In this document: piece by piece, positions 21,627 through 31,577 of the stretch
How the letters are laid out: each line of letters starts with the position of its first letter
Position numbering within the stretch: position 1 is the stretch's first letter
Assembly: GCA_938030745.1 (NCBI GenBank)
Contig: CALHIP010000001.1
Span: 3,817 to 67,816 of the forward strand
From: an uncultured Patescibacteria group bacterium
Lineage (GTDB): Bacteria; Patescibacteriota; Patescibacteriia; UBA2591; CALHIP01
Direction: 5' to 3'
Length of the DNA stretch: 64,000 bases
Notes under the pieces: model-generated
What the model was told of the DNA's origin: nothing
Database searches by the model: none
Seen by the model: the letters and a program-made list of their open reading frames with translations, nothing else
Position numbers and translations under genes: made by a program

Positions 21627-22521
21627 GGAATTTTAAAATTTGATCACTTATTATCACACTCGTATTTTTATTCGCCATTTCTTTTAAATGTTTTGGCATA
21701 ATTTTTAATTGGAGCCAGCGATAAAATTTTTCTGAAAAGCCATTTAATTTTTTTGAATGAATTTTTTCACAATTTTTTTTAAAAAATCGAAAGATCGGTT
21801 TTAAAATAATCTTTCTTCTTAAAATCGGTTCGCAAGGAAAATAATTTGGTAAATATTTTTTAAGCCATGAATTTGCTTTAATAAATTTTTCCCAAATTCC
21901 ATCATCATAAATTGGATAAAGCCAAGCCAGCCAATAGATAAAATAAATATCAGGTAAACCATTTTTTTCTGGTAACATTATCTTCTCTAAGTTAAGATTC
22001 TCTTCTGTCAGAAAAAAATTAAGACAAATTTTATCTTTTTTATTAGCTATAGTTGGCCTAGCTTTGAAAATCTTTAAAACTAAAATTGATAAAAATCTTA
22101 CTAACCAAATTCGATTTTTTGCTGTAATAATAAATAAGTCAATATCATCCTCATCTTTAGCATTAGAATAAGAGAGTCCATTGGAAACAGCAATTAATCT
22201 AACAAAAGGAAGATGAGCCAAAATTTTAGCAATTTTTAATAATTTTTTATATTTTCTTTCAGCAATTAAATATCTTTTTTTACGAATCTTTACCAAATCA
22301 TCTCGCCATTTTAAAAAATAAAATCCATGTTTTTTATTAATCAATTTTTTTAACTCTTCACTTTTTTCTAAAACTTCTTGAATTTCTCTAAAATCAATAG
22401 TTTTAAGATTAGAAATTGAATATTGAAAATTATATTTGTATATCTCCCAAATGGTTAATGGATAATCAAAAAGGTCAAACCAAATAAGGGTAATTAATAT
22501 TGATCTTTCCAGATTATTCAT
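21562..22521 (-). CDS. Conserved hypothetical protein with nucleotidyltransferase-like motif
   Basis: SNGLSYSNAKDEDDIDLFII resembles Pol-beta NTase GS...DxD motif. Confidence 0.6.
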   Translation of the reverse strand: MNNLERSILITLIWFDLFDYPLTIWEIYKYNFQYSISNLKTIDFREIQEVLEKSEELKKLINKKHGFYFLKWRDDLVKIRKKRYLIAERKYKKLLKIAKILAHLPFVRLIAVSNGLSYSNAKDEDDIDLFIITAKNRIWLVRFLSILVLKIFKARPTIANKKDKICLNFFLTEENLNLEKIMLPEKNGLPDIYFIYWLAWLYPIYDDGIWEKFIKANSWLKKYLPNYFPCEPILRRKIILKPIFRFFKKNCEKIHSKKLNGFSEKFYRWLQLKIMPKHLKEMANKNTSVIISDQILKFHDKDKREFYREKIYEKIRENN

Positions 22522-22571
22522 TTTTTGTAATTTATGGATTTAAGTTTTTGGTTTATTAATTATATCATAAT

Positions 22572-22599
22572 TTGACATTTCTTGAATCTCTGCTAAAAT
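22572..22599 (+). promoter_or_regulatory. Sigma70 promoter of secG (likely leaderless)
   Basis: TTGACA-16-TAAAAT with TGn extension; ATG 6 nt downstream. Confidence 0.65.
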
Positions 22600-22605
22600 A
22601 ATAGT

Positions 22606-22827
22606 ATGCAAAAATACATTCAAATTGCTCAATTAATCATTTCTCTTTTATTAATCAGTGTCATTCTTCTTCAAGGTAGAGGAACAGGTCTCTCTCCAGC
22701 TTTTGGTGGTGAAAGTTCTATTTTCCGGACAAGAAGAGGAATTGAAAAAACTCTTTTTATTGTTACTGTTATCTTAGCTATTTTATTTTTAGGATTAGGT
22801 TTAGCAAATATTTTAATTTCTCGATAA
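22606..22827 (+). CDS. secG: Preprotein translocase subunit SecG
   Basis: ILLQGRGTGLSPAFGG...RTRRGIEK, two TMs. Confidence 0.9.
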   Translation: MQKYIQIAQLIISLLLISVILLQGRGTGLSPAFGGESSIFRTRRGIEKTLFIVTVILAILFLGLGLANILISR

Positions 22828-22837
22828 TTTTTAAAAG

Positions 22838-24607
22838 ATGTTTAATTTTTTTAAAATTTTTTTTATTAAAAAAAGGAAAGAAGCTATTGAGATTATTAAA
22901 AAACATTTAGAATGGGAAAGAAATCTAATTAGAAAATTTTTTTCTCAAAAATTTAAGTTTCCTAATTTAAAGCAATTAAAATATCTTCCCTATCTTCTAA
23001 GCAAAGAAGAAAAAAGAAATATTTTTTTTCTTTTAATTTTATTAATTATTAGTTCAGGAATATTTTTTCTCCGAATTTATCTAAAGTTACCTCTTTTACC
23101 AGCTCCTGGTGGAGAATATAAAGAAGGAATTTTAGGCCAGCCAAAGGTTATTAATCCATTATTTAGTTCTTTAAACAATCCTGATTCCGATTTAACTAAA
23201 TTAATTTTTTCCAGCTTGGTTAAATGGCAAAATGGAAAAATTATCCCTGATTTAGCTGAGAAATGGAAAAAAGATAAAGAAAAAAAAGTTTACACTTTTT
23301 ATTTAAAAAAGAATGTATTCTTCCATGATGGTAAAGAATTAACTGCTGAAGATGTCATCTTTACCATCGAAGCAATCCAAGATAAAAAAATAAATTCACC
23401 CTTAAGAAAAAGTTTAATAAATTTAAAAGTAAAAAAAATAGATAATTATACTGTCCAATTTTTATTAGAAAAACCATTAGCTCATTTTGAAAATTTTCTA
23501 ACATTTGGAATTTTACCAAAACATCTTTGGGAAAAAATACCAAAAGAAAATTTTATTTCTTCTCAGCAAAATCTTTCACCAGTTGGTACTGGACCATTCA
23601 AATTCAAAAAATTATTAAGAGAGGATAAAAAAATTAAAAAGATAATTTTAGAAAGAAATAAAAAATATTATTTAAAACCCCCTTATTTAGAAAAATTAAA
23701 TTTGATTTTTTTTGAGAATTCAGAAGAACTAATTGATGCTTTAAGAACAAAAAAGATAGATGGTTTCGCCTATTTAAGAAAAAATCAGGAGATAGAAAAT
23801 GTTCCTAAAATTATAAATTCTTATCAAATTCCTTCCTCTTACTATACTGCTATTTTCTTAAATCAAAAAAGTGAAATTATTTCTTCAAAAAGAATCAGAG
23901 AAGCTCTTGCCTTAAGTTTAAATAAAGAAGAAATATTAAAGAAGGTAAGTAATGGAAAATCAATTGAAACAGCAATTGTCAATCCTTATTTTATTTTAAG
24001 GAATAGAAAATATGAATATTTACCAGAAAAAGCAAAAAAAATCTTAAAAGAAGAAGGTTGGATTAAAAAAGATGGATTATTAAAAAAGAAAGAGAAAATT
24101 TTAGAAATAAATCTAGTTACCATTAATACTTTACGGCATAAAGAAATTGGAGAAATAATCAAAAAAAACTGGGAAGATTTAGGAATAAAAATTAATTTAG
24201 AAATTTTAGAAAAAGAAAATTTTGAAAAAAGAGTTAAAGAAAAAAAATATGATGCCCTTCTTTATAGTGTGATTGAAGGCTATGATCCTGATCCATTTTC
24301 TTTATGGCATTCAAGCCAAATCGAAGAAGGATTAAATTTTTCATGTTTTAAAGATATAAAACTTGATGCTTTGATAGAAAAAATTAGAATAACTTTAGAT
24401 GAAGAAGAAAAGAAAAAGTACTACTTTCAATTTCAAGAAACAATTTTTAAAGAAATAGGAGCAATTTTCCTTTATCAATTAAATTTTGATTATTTTCAGG
24501 ATAAAAAAATAAAAGGATTTAGTGCTAGTTATCTGCCTTATATTTCTGATCGTTTTGCTAATATTGAAAATTGGTATATCTTTTCAAAAAGAGGGGTTAA
24601 AAAATAA
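22838..24607 (+). CDS. Peptide/nickel ABC transporter substrate-binding protein (family 5)
   Basis: PDLAEKW, FHDGKELTAEDVIFT, PVGTGPF, DPDPFSLWHS. Confidence 0.88.
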   Translation: MFNFFKIFFIKKRKEAIEIIKKHLEWERNLIRKFFSQKFKFPNLKQLKYLPYLLSKEEKRNIFFLLILLIISSGIFFLRIYLKLPLLPAPGGEYKEGILGQPKVINPLFSSLNNPDSDLTKLIFSSLVKWQNGKIIPDLAEKWKKDKEKKVYTFYLKKNVFFHDGKELTAEDVIFTIEAIQDKKINSPLRKSLINLKVKKIDNYTVQFLLEKPLAHFENFLTFGILPKHLWEKIPKENFISSQQNLSPVGTGPFKFKKLLREDKKIKKIILERNKKYYLKPPYLEKLNLIFFENSEELIDALRTKKIDGFAYLRKNQEIENVPKIINSYQIPSSYYTAIFLNQKSEIISSKRIREALALSLNKEEILKKVSNGKSIETAIVNPYFILRNRKYEYLPEKAKKILKEEGWIKKDGLLKKKEKILEINLVTINTLRHKEIGEIIKKNWEDLGIKINLEILEKENFEKRVKEKKYDALLYSVIEGYDPDPFSLWHSSQIEEGLNFSCFKDIKLDALIEKIRITLDEEEKKKYYFQFQETIFKEIGAIFLYQLNFDYFQDKKIKGFSASYLPYISDRFANIENWYIFSKRGVKK

Positions 24608-24690
24608 GGGCGAGTGGCGGAACGGTAGACGCACTAGCTTCAGGAGCTAGGGGGAGAAATCCCGTAGAGGTTCAAATCCTCTCTCGCCCA
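24608..24690 (+). tRNA. tRNA-Leu(CAG)
   Basis: ctagc-TTCAGGA-gctag anticodon arm, variable arm, GTTCAAATC. Confidence 0.93.
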
Positions 24691-24757
24691 AATAGAAAAT
24701 GTAGCTCTTGACAAAAATTAAAAAAATGATAGACTAAATAAATGTAAAAAGGAGGAA

Positions 24758-25189
24758 ATGATGACTATTTTTTTATCTTGGCCATATTTAATAGTCCTTC
24801 TTATCGAAGTAGGATTGATTGGATTCCTTTTTGGTATAAGCCGAGGAAATGCTCAGAAAAACCACTCTAAAGAGTATAGCCTAGGATATGCATGCGGAGT
24901 TGTAGATGCTTATCTCTCTATACTTCTATCTCCGGACATACCCTACGAAAAATGGAAGTGTTCTCTAATTTCATCAATTTGTCAAATGTGGAAGAAACTA
25001 TTTGAATCACGGAAAGTTCCTAAAGAAGAAGCAGAGAAAACAATTGAAGTTTGGATTAACAACTGGCAGAATTTGATTTACAACCAACAAAAAGAAGGAA
25101 AGCTCTCACCTGAAGAATACAAAGAGGCACTTGGCCGTCTTGAAGGACTTAAAGAAATACTTCTTAAATTGGTAAAAGAAATTTCTTAA
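24758..25189 (+). CDS. Hypothetical membrane-anchored protein
   Basis: Own promoter (TTGACA 24708, TAGACT 24730), SD AAGGAGG, N-terminal TM, terminator downstream. Confidence 0.7.
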   Translation: MMTIFLSWPYLIVLLIEVGLIGFLFGISRGNAQKNHSKEYSLGYACGVVDAYLSILLSPDIPYEKWKCSLISSICQMWKKLFESRKVPKEEAEKTIEVWINNWQNLIYNQQKEGKLSPEEYKEALGRLEGLKEILLKLVKEIS

Positions 25190-25197
25190 AACAAGGA

Positions 25198-25229
25198 AAT
25201 TACTCGGGTCTTTTAAGACCCGAGTAATT
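25198..25229 (+). terminator. Stem-loop terminator
   Basis: aattactcgggtc / gacccgagtaatt perfect inverted repeat after 24758-25189. Confidence 0.7.
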
Positions 25230-25295
25230 AATCTTTTGAGATTCAATTAAAACTGATTGACTTTTTTTAAAAAATCTATAAAATAAATAAAATTT

Positions 25296-26645
25296 ATGAA
25301 TAAAAAATTATTAAAAAACTTAATTTTTATCTTTCTTATTCTTTTTTTTATTCCTTTGAAGAAAACAACAGCTATTCAGGCTACATTGAAAATTGCCCAT
25401 AATGATGGAATTCAATGTTATTTAAACGGTTATGAATTTATTAATACTTTAAATGAAGGACAAACTGAAAGATATTGGAACAAAGAAATTGATGTTTCAA
25501 ATTATTTAAGAGCTAACCAAAATCTTTTAGCTTGTCGGGTTAGTAATGGTGATGGGAATCCAGGAACTGGAATTGGCTATTTTGATGTTGAATTGGTCAT
25601 TAATTCACAAATAATTATTCAAAGAGGTAGTTCTGGATGGAAATACTTTGGCAGTGCTGGCTCAACAACTCCACCACCTGATGACGCTTTTTCTAGAAAA
25701 TGGTTCGCTGTTGATTACAATGATAGCTCTTGGCCTACTGCTTCTACACCTTTTGATGGACGAAGTGGACCTGTTTTAAAAAGAGCACCTGATGACGCTT
25801 GGTTTAGAAAATTTTTTTCTTTATCATCACAACATTCTTCTGGACAATCTTCTTCTGGTAATTGTTCTTTAATTACTAATCAAACTGAATGTTTAAACCG
25901 AAGTTGTTATTGGATTAATTCTGCTTGTTGGGAAAGTCGAGAAGATTTCTCTAATCAAACTGCTTATCGAATAAAAAATTTGAGCCGAAATGGTTGTTGG
26001 CAGCCAACCATTCATCGTCTTGATCATTATTTAAAGCCATCATTAAATCTTACTGAATTTATTTTTGAATCTCCAAAACCACTTATTACTGGCTTGGTAA
26101 AATATGGCAACCAAATTGAGATTTATGTTAATGATAAACCAATTGGTAAAGCAATAGTTAAAGAAGGTGAATTAACAGGTGTCGCTAATTTTTATTTTAA
26201 ACCAAAAACAAATCTCGTTTCCACTGATGAATATCTTATTCCTCAAAAATTAAAAATTGTCGCCTTTAACCCTTACGATGGAAGTGTTTGTCAAACAAAA
26301 GATCTAATTTTTATTATTAGACCTTATCCAGCACCAATTATTCATCGCTTAGGAGAAATTCCTTATGTGTTTCAGGCTGATCGATTGATTATTAAAACTA
26401 AAAAACCATTAATTACTGGTTTGGTAAAATATGGTTCGGTAGTTGATATTTTTATTGACGAAAAGTTTGTTGGTCGAGCCAATGTTAAAGAAGGTAAAAA
26501 TACTGGAGTAGCTAATTTTTACTTTACTTTGAAAGATCCTTTAACTCCTGGTGAACATCGTCTTTATGCTATAGCTAAAAAAGCTAATCAAGAGGATATT
26601 GTTTCTTTGCCATCACAAGTCTTTTATTTCACTGTGAAAGAATAA
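25296..26645 (+). CDS. Secreted protein: jelly-roll (sugar-binding-like) domain, Cys-rich linker, two Ig-like repeats
   Basis: Signal peptide; DG..CYLNG, DYNDSSW, WFRK motifs; duplicated KPLITGLVKYG...TGVANFYF repeats. Confidence 0.65.
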   Translation: MNKKLLKNLIFIFLILFFIPLKKTTAIQATLKIAHNDGIQCYLNGYEFINTLNEGQTERYWNKEIDVSNYLRANQNLLACRVSNGDGNPGTGIGYFDVELVINSQIIIQRGSSGWKYFGSAGSTTPPPDDAFSRKWFAVDYNDSSWPTASTPFDGRSGPVLKRAPDDAWFRKFFSLSSQHSSGQSSSGNCSLITNQTECLNRSCYWINSACWESREDFSNQTAYRIKNLSRNGCWQPTIHRLDHYLKPSLNLTEFIFESPKPLITGLVKYGNQIEIYVNDKPIGKAIVKEGELTGVANFYFKPKTNLVSTDEYLIPQKLKIVAFNPYDGSVCQTKDLIFIIRPYPAPIIHRLGEIPYVFQADRLIIKTKKPLITGLVKYGSVVDIFIDEKFVGRANVKEGKNTGVANFYFTLKDPLTPGEHRLYAIAKKANQEDIVSLPSQVFYFTVKE

Positions 26646-26657
26646 AATTATTTAAAG

Positions 26658-28337
26658 ATGAAAAAAACTCAGTCAAGTTTAAAAATCATTCCTTTAGGTG
26701 GATCAGAAGAAGTTGGTAGAAACTGTACAGTTTTTGAATATGCTAATGAAATTATTGTCTTAGATTTAGGCCTTGATTTTCCAACCGAAGAGACACCAGG
26801 AGTTGATTATATTATTCCTAACATTGATTATCTGAAAAAGAATAAAAATAAAATTAAAGCTATTGTTATTAGTCATGGTCATTTAGATCATATTGGTGCT
26901 ATCCCTTATCTTATTTCAGAAATTGATTTTCCACCAATTTATGGTTTACCATTAACCATTGGTTTAATTCGTGAAAGACTAGAAGAGTTTGGTTTAGAAA
27001 AAAAAGTTAAATTAAAAACAATTAATCTTGATTCAACTTTAAAATTTAAAAATTTTTCTCTTTCTTTTTTTCATGTCAATCATAATATTCCTGACTCAGT
27101 AGGTGTTGTTTTTAAAACACCGGTTGGTTCTCTTGTTCATACCGGTGATTTTAAAATTGATTTAACACCAACTGACCAAAAGCCAATCGATTTAGAAAAA
27201 ATTAAAAAAATAGGTGAAGAGGGAGTCCTGGTTCTTTTTTCTGATAGTACTAATGCTACTGAGCCTGGTTCTACTCTTTCGGAAAAGAAAGTAGCGGAAA
27301 TGATTGATCAATTATTTTCTCAAATTAAAGGTCGGATTATCTTTACCACCTTTTCTACTTTAATCAGCCGAATTCAAGAGGTTATCAAATCAGCAGAAAA
27401 ATATCATCGTCGGGTAGCTATCGTTGGTTTAGCGATGGAAAAAACAATTCGTGTTGCTTTAAACCTTGGATATTTAAAAGTCAAACCGGAAACTATTATT
27501 TGGCCACAAAAAATAAAAAAAATTTCAGATGAAAAAATAGTTATTTTAGCTTCCGGATCACAAGGCATTGAATCATCAGCATTAGCAAGAATCTCATCTG
27601 GTAAGCATCAATTAGTCAAAATTAAAAAAGGTGATACAGTTATCTTTTCATCATCACCAATTCCTGGTAATGAAAGGGCTGTTCATAATTTAATGAATCT
27701 TTTAGTTGATCAAGGAGCGAAAGTTATTTACGAACCACTATTTGGTATTCATGCTTCAGGTCATGCTAGTCAGGAAGATTTAAAAATGATCATTTCTTTA
27801 ATTAAACCTCGTTATTTTGTTCCTGCTTATGGCGAACATTATATGTTTGCTGCTCATGCTGAATTGGCAAAAGAAGTTGGTATACCCCAAGAAAATATTT
27901 TTATTTTGAATAATGGTGATTGCTTAGAAATTGATAAAAATAAAAATGCTAAAATAATTAAGAATAAGGTTAAAAGTGAGGCAATTTTAGTTGATGGATT
28001 AGGTATTGGTGATGTCAAACATGTTGTTTTAAGAGATCGCAAAACATTGGCTGAGGCTGGAATTTTTGTTATCATTTTATTGGCGGACAGAAAGAGAAGA
28101 AATGTTAATAATTTAGAAATTATTTCGCGTGGTTTTGTCTTTCTAAAAGAATCAGAAAAGTTGATTAATGAAACGAAAAAGAAAATCAAAAAAATTGCTC
28201 AGAAATATCTTAAAACAAAGGCAAAAATCATTGACTGGGAACCGTTGAAAACTAAACTTCGTAATCAAATTAGTGATTATCTTTTTAGTAAAACAGGCCG
28301 TCGACCAATGGTTTTGCCATTAATTATTGAAATTTAA
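26658..28337 (+). CDS. rnj: Ribonuclease J
   Basis: PLGGSEEVGRN, SHGHLDHIGA, HTGDFK, HASGH, RRPMVLP. Confidence 0.96.
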   Translation: MKKTQSSLKIIPLGGSEEVGRNCTVFEYANEIIVLDLGLDFPTEETPGVDYIIPNIDYLKKNKNKIKAIVISHGHLDHIGAIPYLISEIDFPPIYGLPLTIGLIRERLEEFGLEKKVKLKTINLDSTLKFKNFSLSFFHVNHNIPDSVGVVFKTPVGSLVHTGDFKIDLTPTDQKPIDLEKIKKIGEEGVLVLFSDSTNATEPGSTLSEKKVAEMIDQLFSQIKGRIIFTTFSTLISRIQEVIKSAEKYHRRVAIVGLAMEKTIRVALNLGYLKVKPETIIWPQKIKKISDEKIVILASGSQGIESSALARISSGKHQLVKIKKGDTVIFSSSPIPGNERAVHNLMNLLVDQGAKVIYEPLFGIHASGHASQEDLKMIISLIKPRYFVPAYGEHYMFAAHAELAKEVGIPQENIFILNNGDCLEIDKNKNAKIIKNKVKSEAILVDGLGIGDVKHVVLRDRKTLAEAGIFVIILLADRKRRNVNNLEIISRGFVFLKESEKLINETKKKIKKIAQKYLKTKAKIIDWEPLKTKLRNQISDYLFSKTGRRPMVLPLIIEI

Positions 28338-28342
28338 ATTTT

Positions 28343-29323
28343 ATGAAGCGTGTTTTCTCTGGAATGCGACCAAGTGGCCAACTCCATATTGGCAATTATC
28401 TTGGCGCACTAAAAAATTGGGTTGAATTACAAAAAAAATATGATTGTTTCTTTTGTATTGTTGATTATCATGCTATTACTACACCATTTAAACCAGCTGA
28501 GATGAAAAGAAATATTTTAGAATTAGCAAAAAGTTATTTAGCAAGTGGTATTGATCCAAAAAAATCAGTTATTTTTATTCAATCTGATGTCTCAGAGCAT
28601 GCAGAATTAACCTGGATTTTAAATACCATCACTCCAATTGGTGAATTAAAAAGAATGACCCAATTCAAGGAGAAATCAAAGCAATATCCTGGATATATCA
28701 ATATTGCTCTTTTAGACTATCCAGTTTTAATGGCTGCTGATATTTTACTTTATAAAGCAGAGATTGTTCCTGTTGGTGAAGATCAGCTTCAACATCTAGA
28801 ATTAACACGAACTATTGCTCGTCGTTTTAATAAAATTTTTGGTCAAACTTTCCCTGAACCAAAAGCAATTTTAACAAAAGCACCACGAGTTATGAGTTTA
28901 ACTGATCCAACAAAAAAAATGAGCAAAACTGACGGTGAAGGTATTGCTTTAATTGATTCAAAAGAAACAATTTGGAAAAAACTTTCAACAGCTGTAACTG
29001 ATCCAGCAAGAATCAAAAGGACTGATCCTGGCGAGCCAAAAAAATGTAATATTTATACTTTACATCAAAGTTTCTCTTCAAAAGAAGAATTAGATTATGT
29101 TGCTGATGGATGCCGGAAGGCAAAAATTGGTTGTTTGGAATGTAAAAAAATATTAGCTGAGAATATCGCTAAAGAATTAGCGCCGTTTAGAAAAAAATAT
29201 ACTGAATTGTCAAAAAATGAAGATTTAGTTTATAAAATCTTAGTTGATGGTGCAAAACGAGCTAAAAAAATTGCTTCCCAAACTTTAATTGAAGTAAAAA
29301 GAAAAATTGGTTTGTTAATTTAA
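28343..29323 (+). CDS. trpS: Tryptophan--tRNA ligase
   Basis: HIGN, YPVLMAADIL, VPVGEDQ, KMSKT. Confidence 0.97.
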   Translation: MKRVFSGMRPSGQLHIGNYLGALKNWVELQKKYDCFFCIVDYHAITTPFKPAEMKRNILELAKSYLASGIDPKKSVIFIQSDVSEHAELTWILNTITPIGELKRMTQFKEKSKQYPGYINIALLDYPVLMAADILLYKAEIVPVGEDQLQHLELTRTIARRFNKIFGQTFPEPKAILTKAPRVMSLTDPTKKMSKTDGEGIALIDSKETIWKKLSTAVTDPARIKRTDPGEPKKCNIYTLHQSFSSKEELDYVADGCRKAKIGCLECKKILAENIAKELAPFRKKYTELSKNEDLVYKILVDGAKRAKKIASQTLIEVKRKIGLLI

Positions 29324-29428
29324 TCTTTGCCAAAATTTGAGGAGGAAGGAAATTATAAAAAGTAAATGATGAACTATTGTTTAACTAGATTGGTTTGATT
29401 GTTCACTAACAAATTTGTAAAGATGTTT

Positions 29429-29463
29429 AAAAAAAGGATCGCAATTTTTAACGATCCTTTTTT
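29429..29463. terminator. Bidirectional stem-loop terminator
   Basis: aaaaaggatcg...cgatcctttttt. Confidence 0.6.
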
Positions 29464-29538
29464 ACCAACAATGAGAAAAGAATCTCTTATTTTAAAAATT
29501 TGAAAATTGTGATATAATTTAATATAATTTTCTTAAGA

Positions 29539-29949
29539 ATGGAAAATAAGTTATTCAAAAATATGAAAAGAACAAAAAAAATCAAATTGTCTCTCAAAAG
29601 AAAAAATCCGATAGGAAAACATGTAATTGCCGATTTTTGGTTTGGAAAGATAATAGAAGATAAAGAAGAATTGAAGGAGCTTTTAATTGAAGCAGCAAAA
29701 AAAGCAGCTAATACTCCACTTAAAATTTCAATTTATAAATTTAATCCTTATGGACTCACCGCAGTTTTACTATTGAAAGAAAGTCATATTGCTTTTCATT
29801 CTTGGCCAGAATTTAATTATTTAGCAATTGATATTTTTACTTGTGGAAAAAAATCTTTTCCTGAAAAAGCTCTTAATTATTTAAGGAAAAAGTTAAAGCC
29901 AAAAAAAATTAAAATTTTAAAAGTGGAAAGAGGAATCTATGGAAGATGA
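29539..29949 (+). CDS. speD: S-adenosylmethionine decarboxylase proenzyme (SpeD/SpeH type)
   Basis: GKHVIAD, LLKESHIAFHSWPE (ESH cleavage site), DIFTCG. Confidence 0.93.
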   Translation: MENKLFKNMKRTKKIKLSLKRKNPIGKHVIADFWFGKIIEDKEELKELLIEAAKKAANTPLKISIYKFNPYGLTAVLLLKESHIAFHSWPEFNYLAIDIFTCGKKSFPEKALNYLRKKLKPKKIKILKVERGIYGR

Positions 29950-31054
29950 ATTAAAAAAACTTTATCTTCAATTTTTAAAATTTCAAGAAAAATTTTTTCT
30001 TAAAGATAAAAAAAAGTGGTTTGGAGTAAAAATGGTTAAACCAAAGGAAAAAGAGGTAAGAGAAGTTTTTTTTAATTATCAGAGGGATAGTTTTTTAAAG
30101 TTTTGTAAAAAAATAAAAGACATAATTTTTGCTAAGAATCCTTTAAAAGAAGCATTAGCTAAATGGTCAATGGATAATTGGTATCCATGGTATTATTTTA
30201 AATTTTTAAAAGAAAAGGATGTAATTGATCTTAAAAGAGATGGAAGGGTGATTTTAAGAGCAAGAAAAATGTTGAAGATTTTACCTCGACCTTTAAAAGA
30301 GAAAGAAATAAAAAAGAAAATTGAGGAAAAATTAAAAATTAAATTAAATCTCCAAAATCCTTCAAATTATTTATTTAAAACAAAAATTAAAGCTCACTAC
30401 GATCAATTTCCAATCTCTGTTTCTTCTGCTATTTTTCTTGTTTCAAAAATTTTAGAATATTTACCTCTTTACCAAAAATTTCTTTTTGTTGGAGATGATG
30501 ATTTAATATCTTTTTATTGTTGTTTAGCTGATAAAAATTTTAAAGCTAAAGTAATTGATATTGATGAAGCTCTTTTAAAAAAGATTGATGAGATTTCAAA
30601 AAAATACAACTTAAAAATAGAATTAGAAAAGGTTGATATTTCCAAAAAGAAAAAATTAAATGAAAATTTCGTTGGTTTTTTAACCAGCCCTGTTTATACA
30701 TATGAAGGTGTAAAAATCTTTGTCAATTTTGCTGTCAATCATCTAAGTAAAGATGGAGGTTATGGATTTTTGAATTTATCAGATGAAGCTATTGGTAATC
30801 GATATCTTTTTTTAGAAGAATTTTTTAATAAAAAAAATTTAATTATTGAAGAAGTAATTAAAGGAAAAATTTATTACCCTTGGCAAATTGTTCAACCAGA
30901 TGATGAAATCATTTTGAATAAATACAAAGAATTTTTTTCTAAAAAAGTTGTTGAAAGCTCTCCTATCATTTCTTCTTCTTTATGGATCTTTAATTATGTT
31001 CCTTTCAAAGTTCCAAAACCAAAAAAACAAACTTTTTTTTATGCTTACCTTTAG
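29939..31054 (+). CDS. bpsA: Branched-chain polyamine synthase BpsA-like (DUF43) aminopropyltransferase
   Basis: YDQ, VGDDDLIS, DIDEALL, FLTSPVYT motifs; overlaps speD stop. Confidence 0.75.
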   Translation: MEDELKKLYLQFLKFQEKFFLKDKKKWFGVKMVKPKEKEVREVFFNYQRDSFLKFCKKIKDIIFAKNPLKEALAKWSMDNWYPWYYFKFLKEKDVIDLKRDGRVILRARKMLKILPRPLKEKEIKKKIEEKLKIKLNLQNPSNYLFKTKIKAHYDQFPISVSSAIFLVSKILEYLPLYQKFLFVGDDDLISFYCCLADKNFKAKVIDIDEALLKKIDEISKKYNLKIELEKVDISKKKKLNENFVGFLTSPVYTYEGVKIFVNFAVNHLSKDGGYGFLNLSDEAIGNRYLFLEEFFNKKNLIIEEVIKGKIYYPWQIVQPDDEIILNKYKEFFSKKVVESSPIISSSLWIFNYVPFKVPKPKKQTFFYAYL

Positions 31055-31090
31055 ATTTTTTGTTTTCTAAACTTTTAAAGAAACAATTTT

Positions 31091-31115
31091 AGGGACCACT
31101 ATTTAAGTGGTCCCT
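31091..31115. terminator. Stem-loop between convergent genes
   Basis: agggaccact-attta-agtggtccct. Confidence 0.7.
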
Positions 31116-31118
31116 GTT

Positions 31119-31562
31119 TTATTTTAAATCATTTAAATTACTAATAATAAAAACAGAATCACCAATCTCTGTCCAGCTGAAAAGCCATTTCGCATCATTT
31201 TTTGAAAGCCTGATACATCCATGAGACGCTGGGTAACCTAATTTTTTCTCATAGCTTTTTCCTTCTAAAGCATGGATTCCGTTTCGTAATGGAGATGGTT
31301 CAGTAATAGACTGCCAATAAACCATCAAGGTTTTCCATTTTTTAGACCACACTCGTTCTCTTTTAGTTAAGATGCAATATTTGCCGAGAGGTGTCTCATA
31401 ACCTTTTCTTCCTGTCGAAATAGTAAATTCTTTTACTAAACTATCATCTTCAAAACAGAGCATCTTTTGAGGCCGAACATCACGGAGAACAATGATTTTT
31501 CTAAAAGTCTTTGTTTGAGAATTACTAATTAGAAACAAAAGAACAATTATTATTCTTATCAT
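31119..31562 (-). CDS. L,D-transpeptidase (YkuD) family protein
   Basis: ISTGR..ETPLG, GIH, ASHGCIRL. Confidence 0.9.
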   Translation of the reverse strand: MIRIIIVLLFLISNSQTKTFRKIIVLRDVRPQKMLCFEDDSLVKEFTISTGRKGYETPLGKYCILTKRERVWSKKWKTLMVYWQSITEPSPLRNGIHALEGKSYEKKLGYPASHGCIRLSKNDAKWLFSWTEIGDSVFIISNLNDLK

Positions 31563-31577
31563 GGTCCCTCCTTTTCT

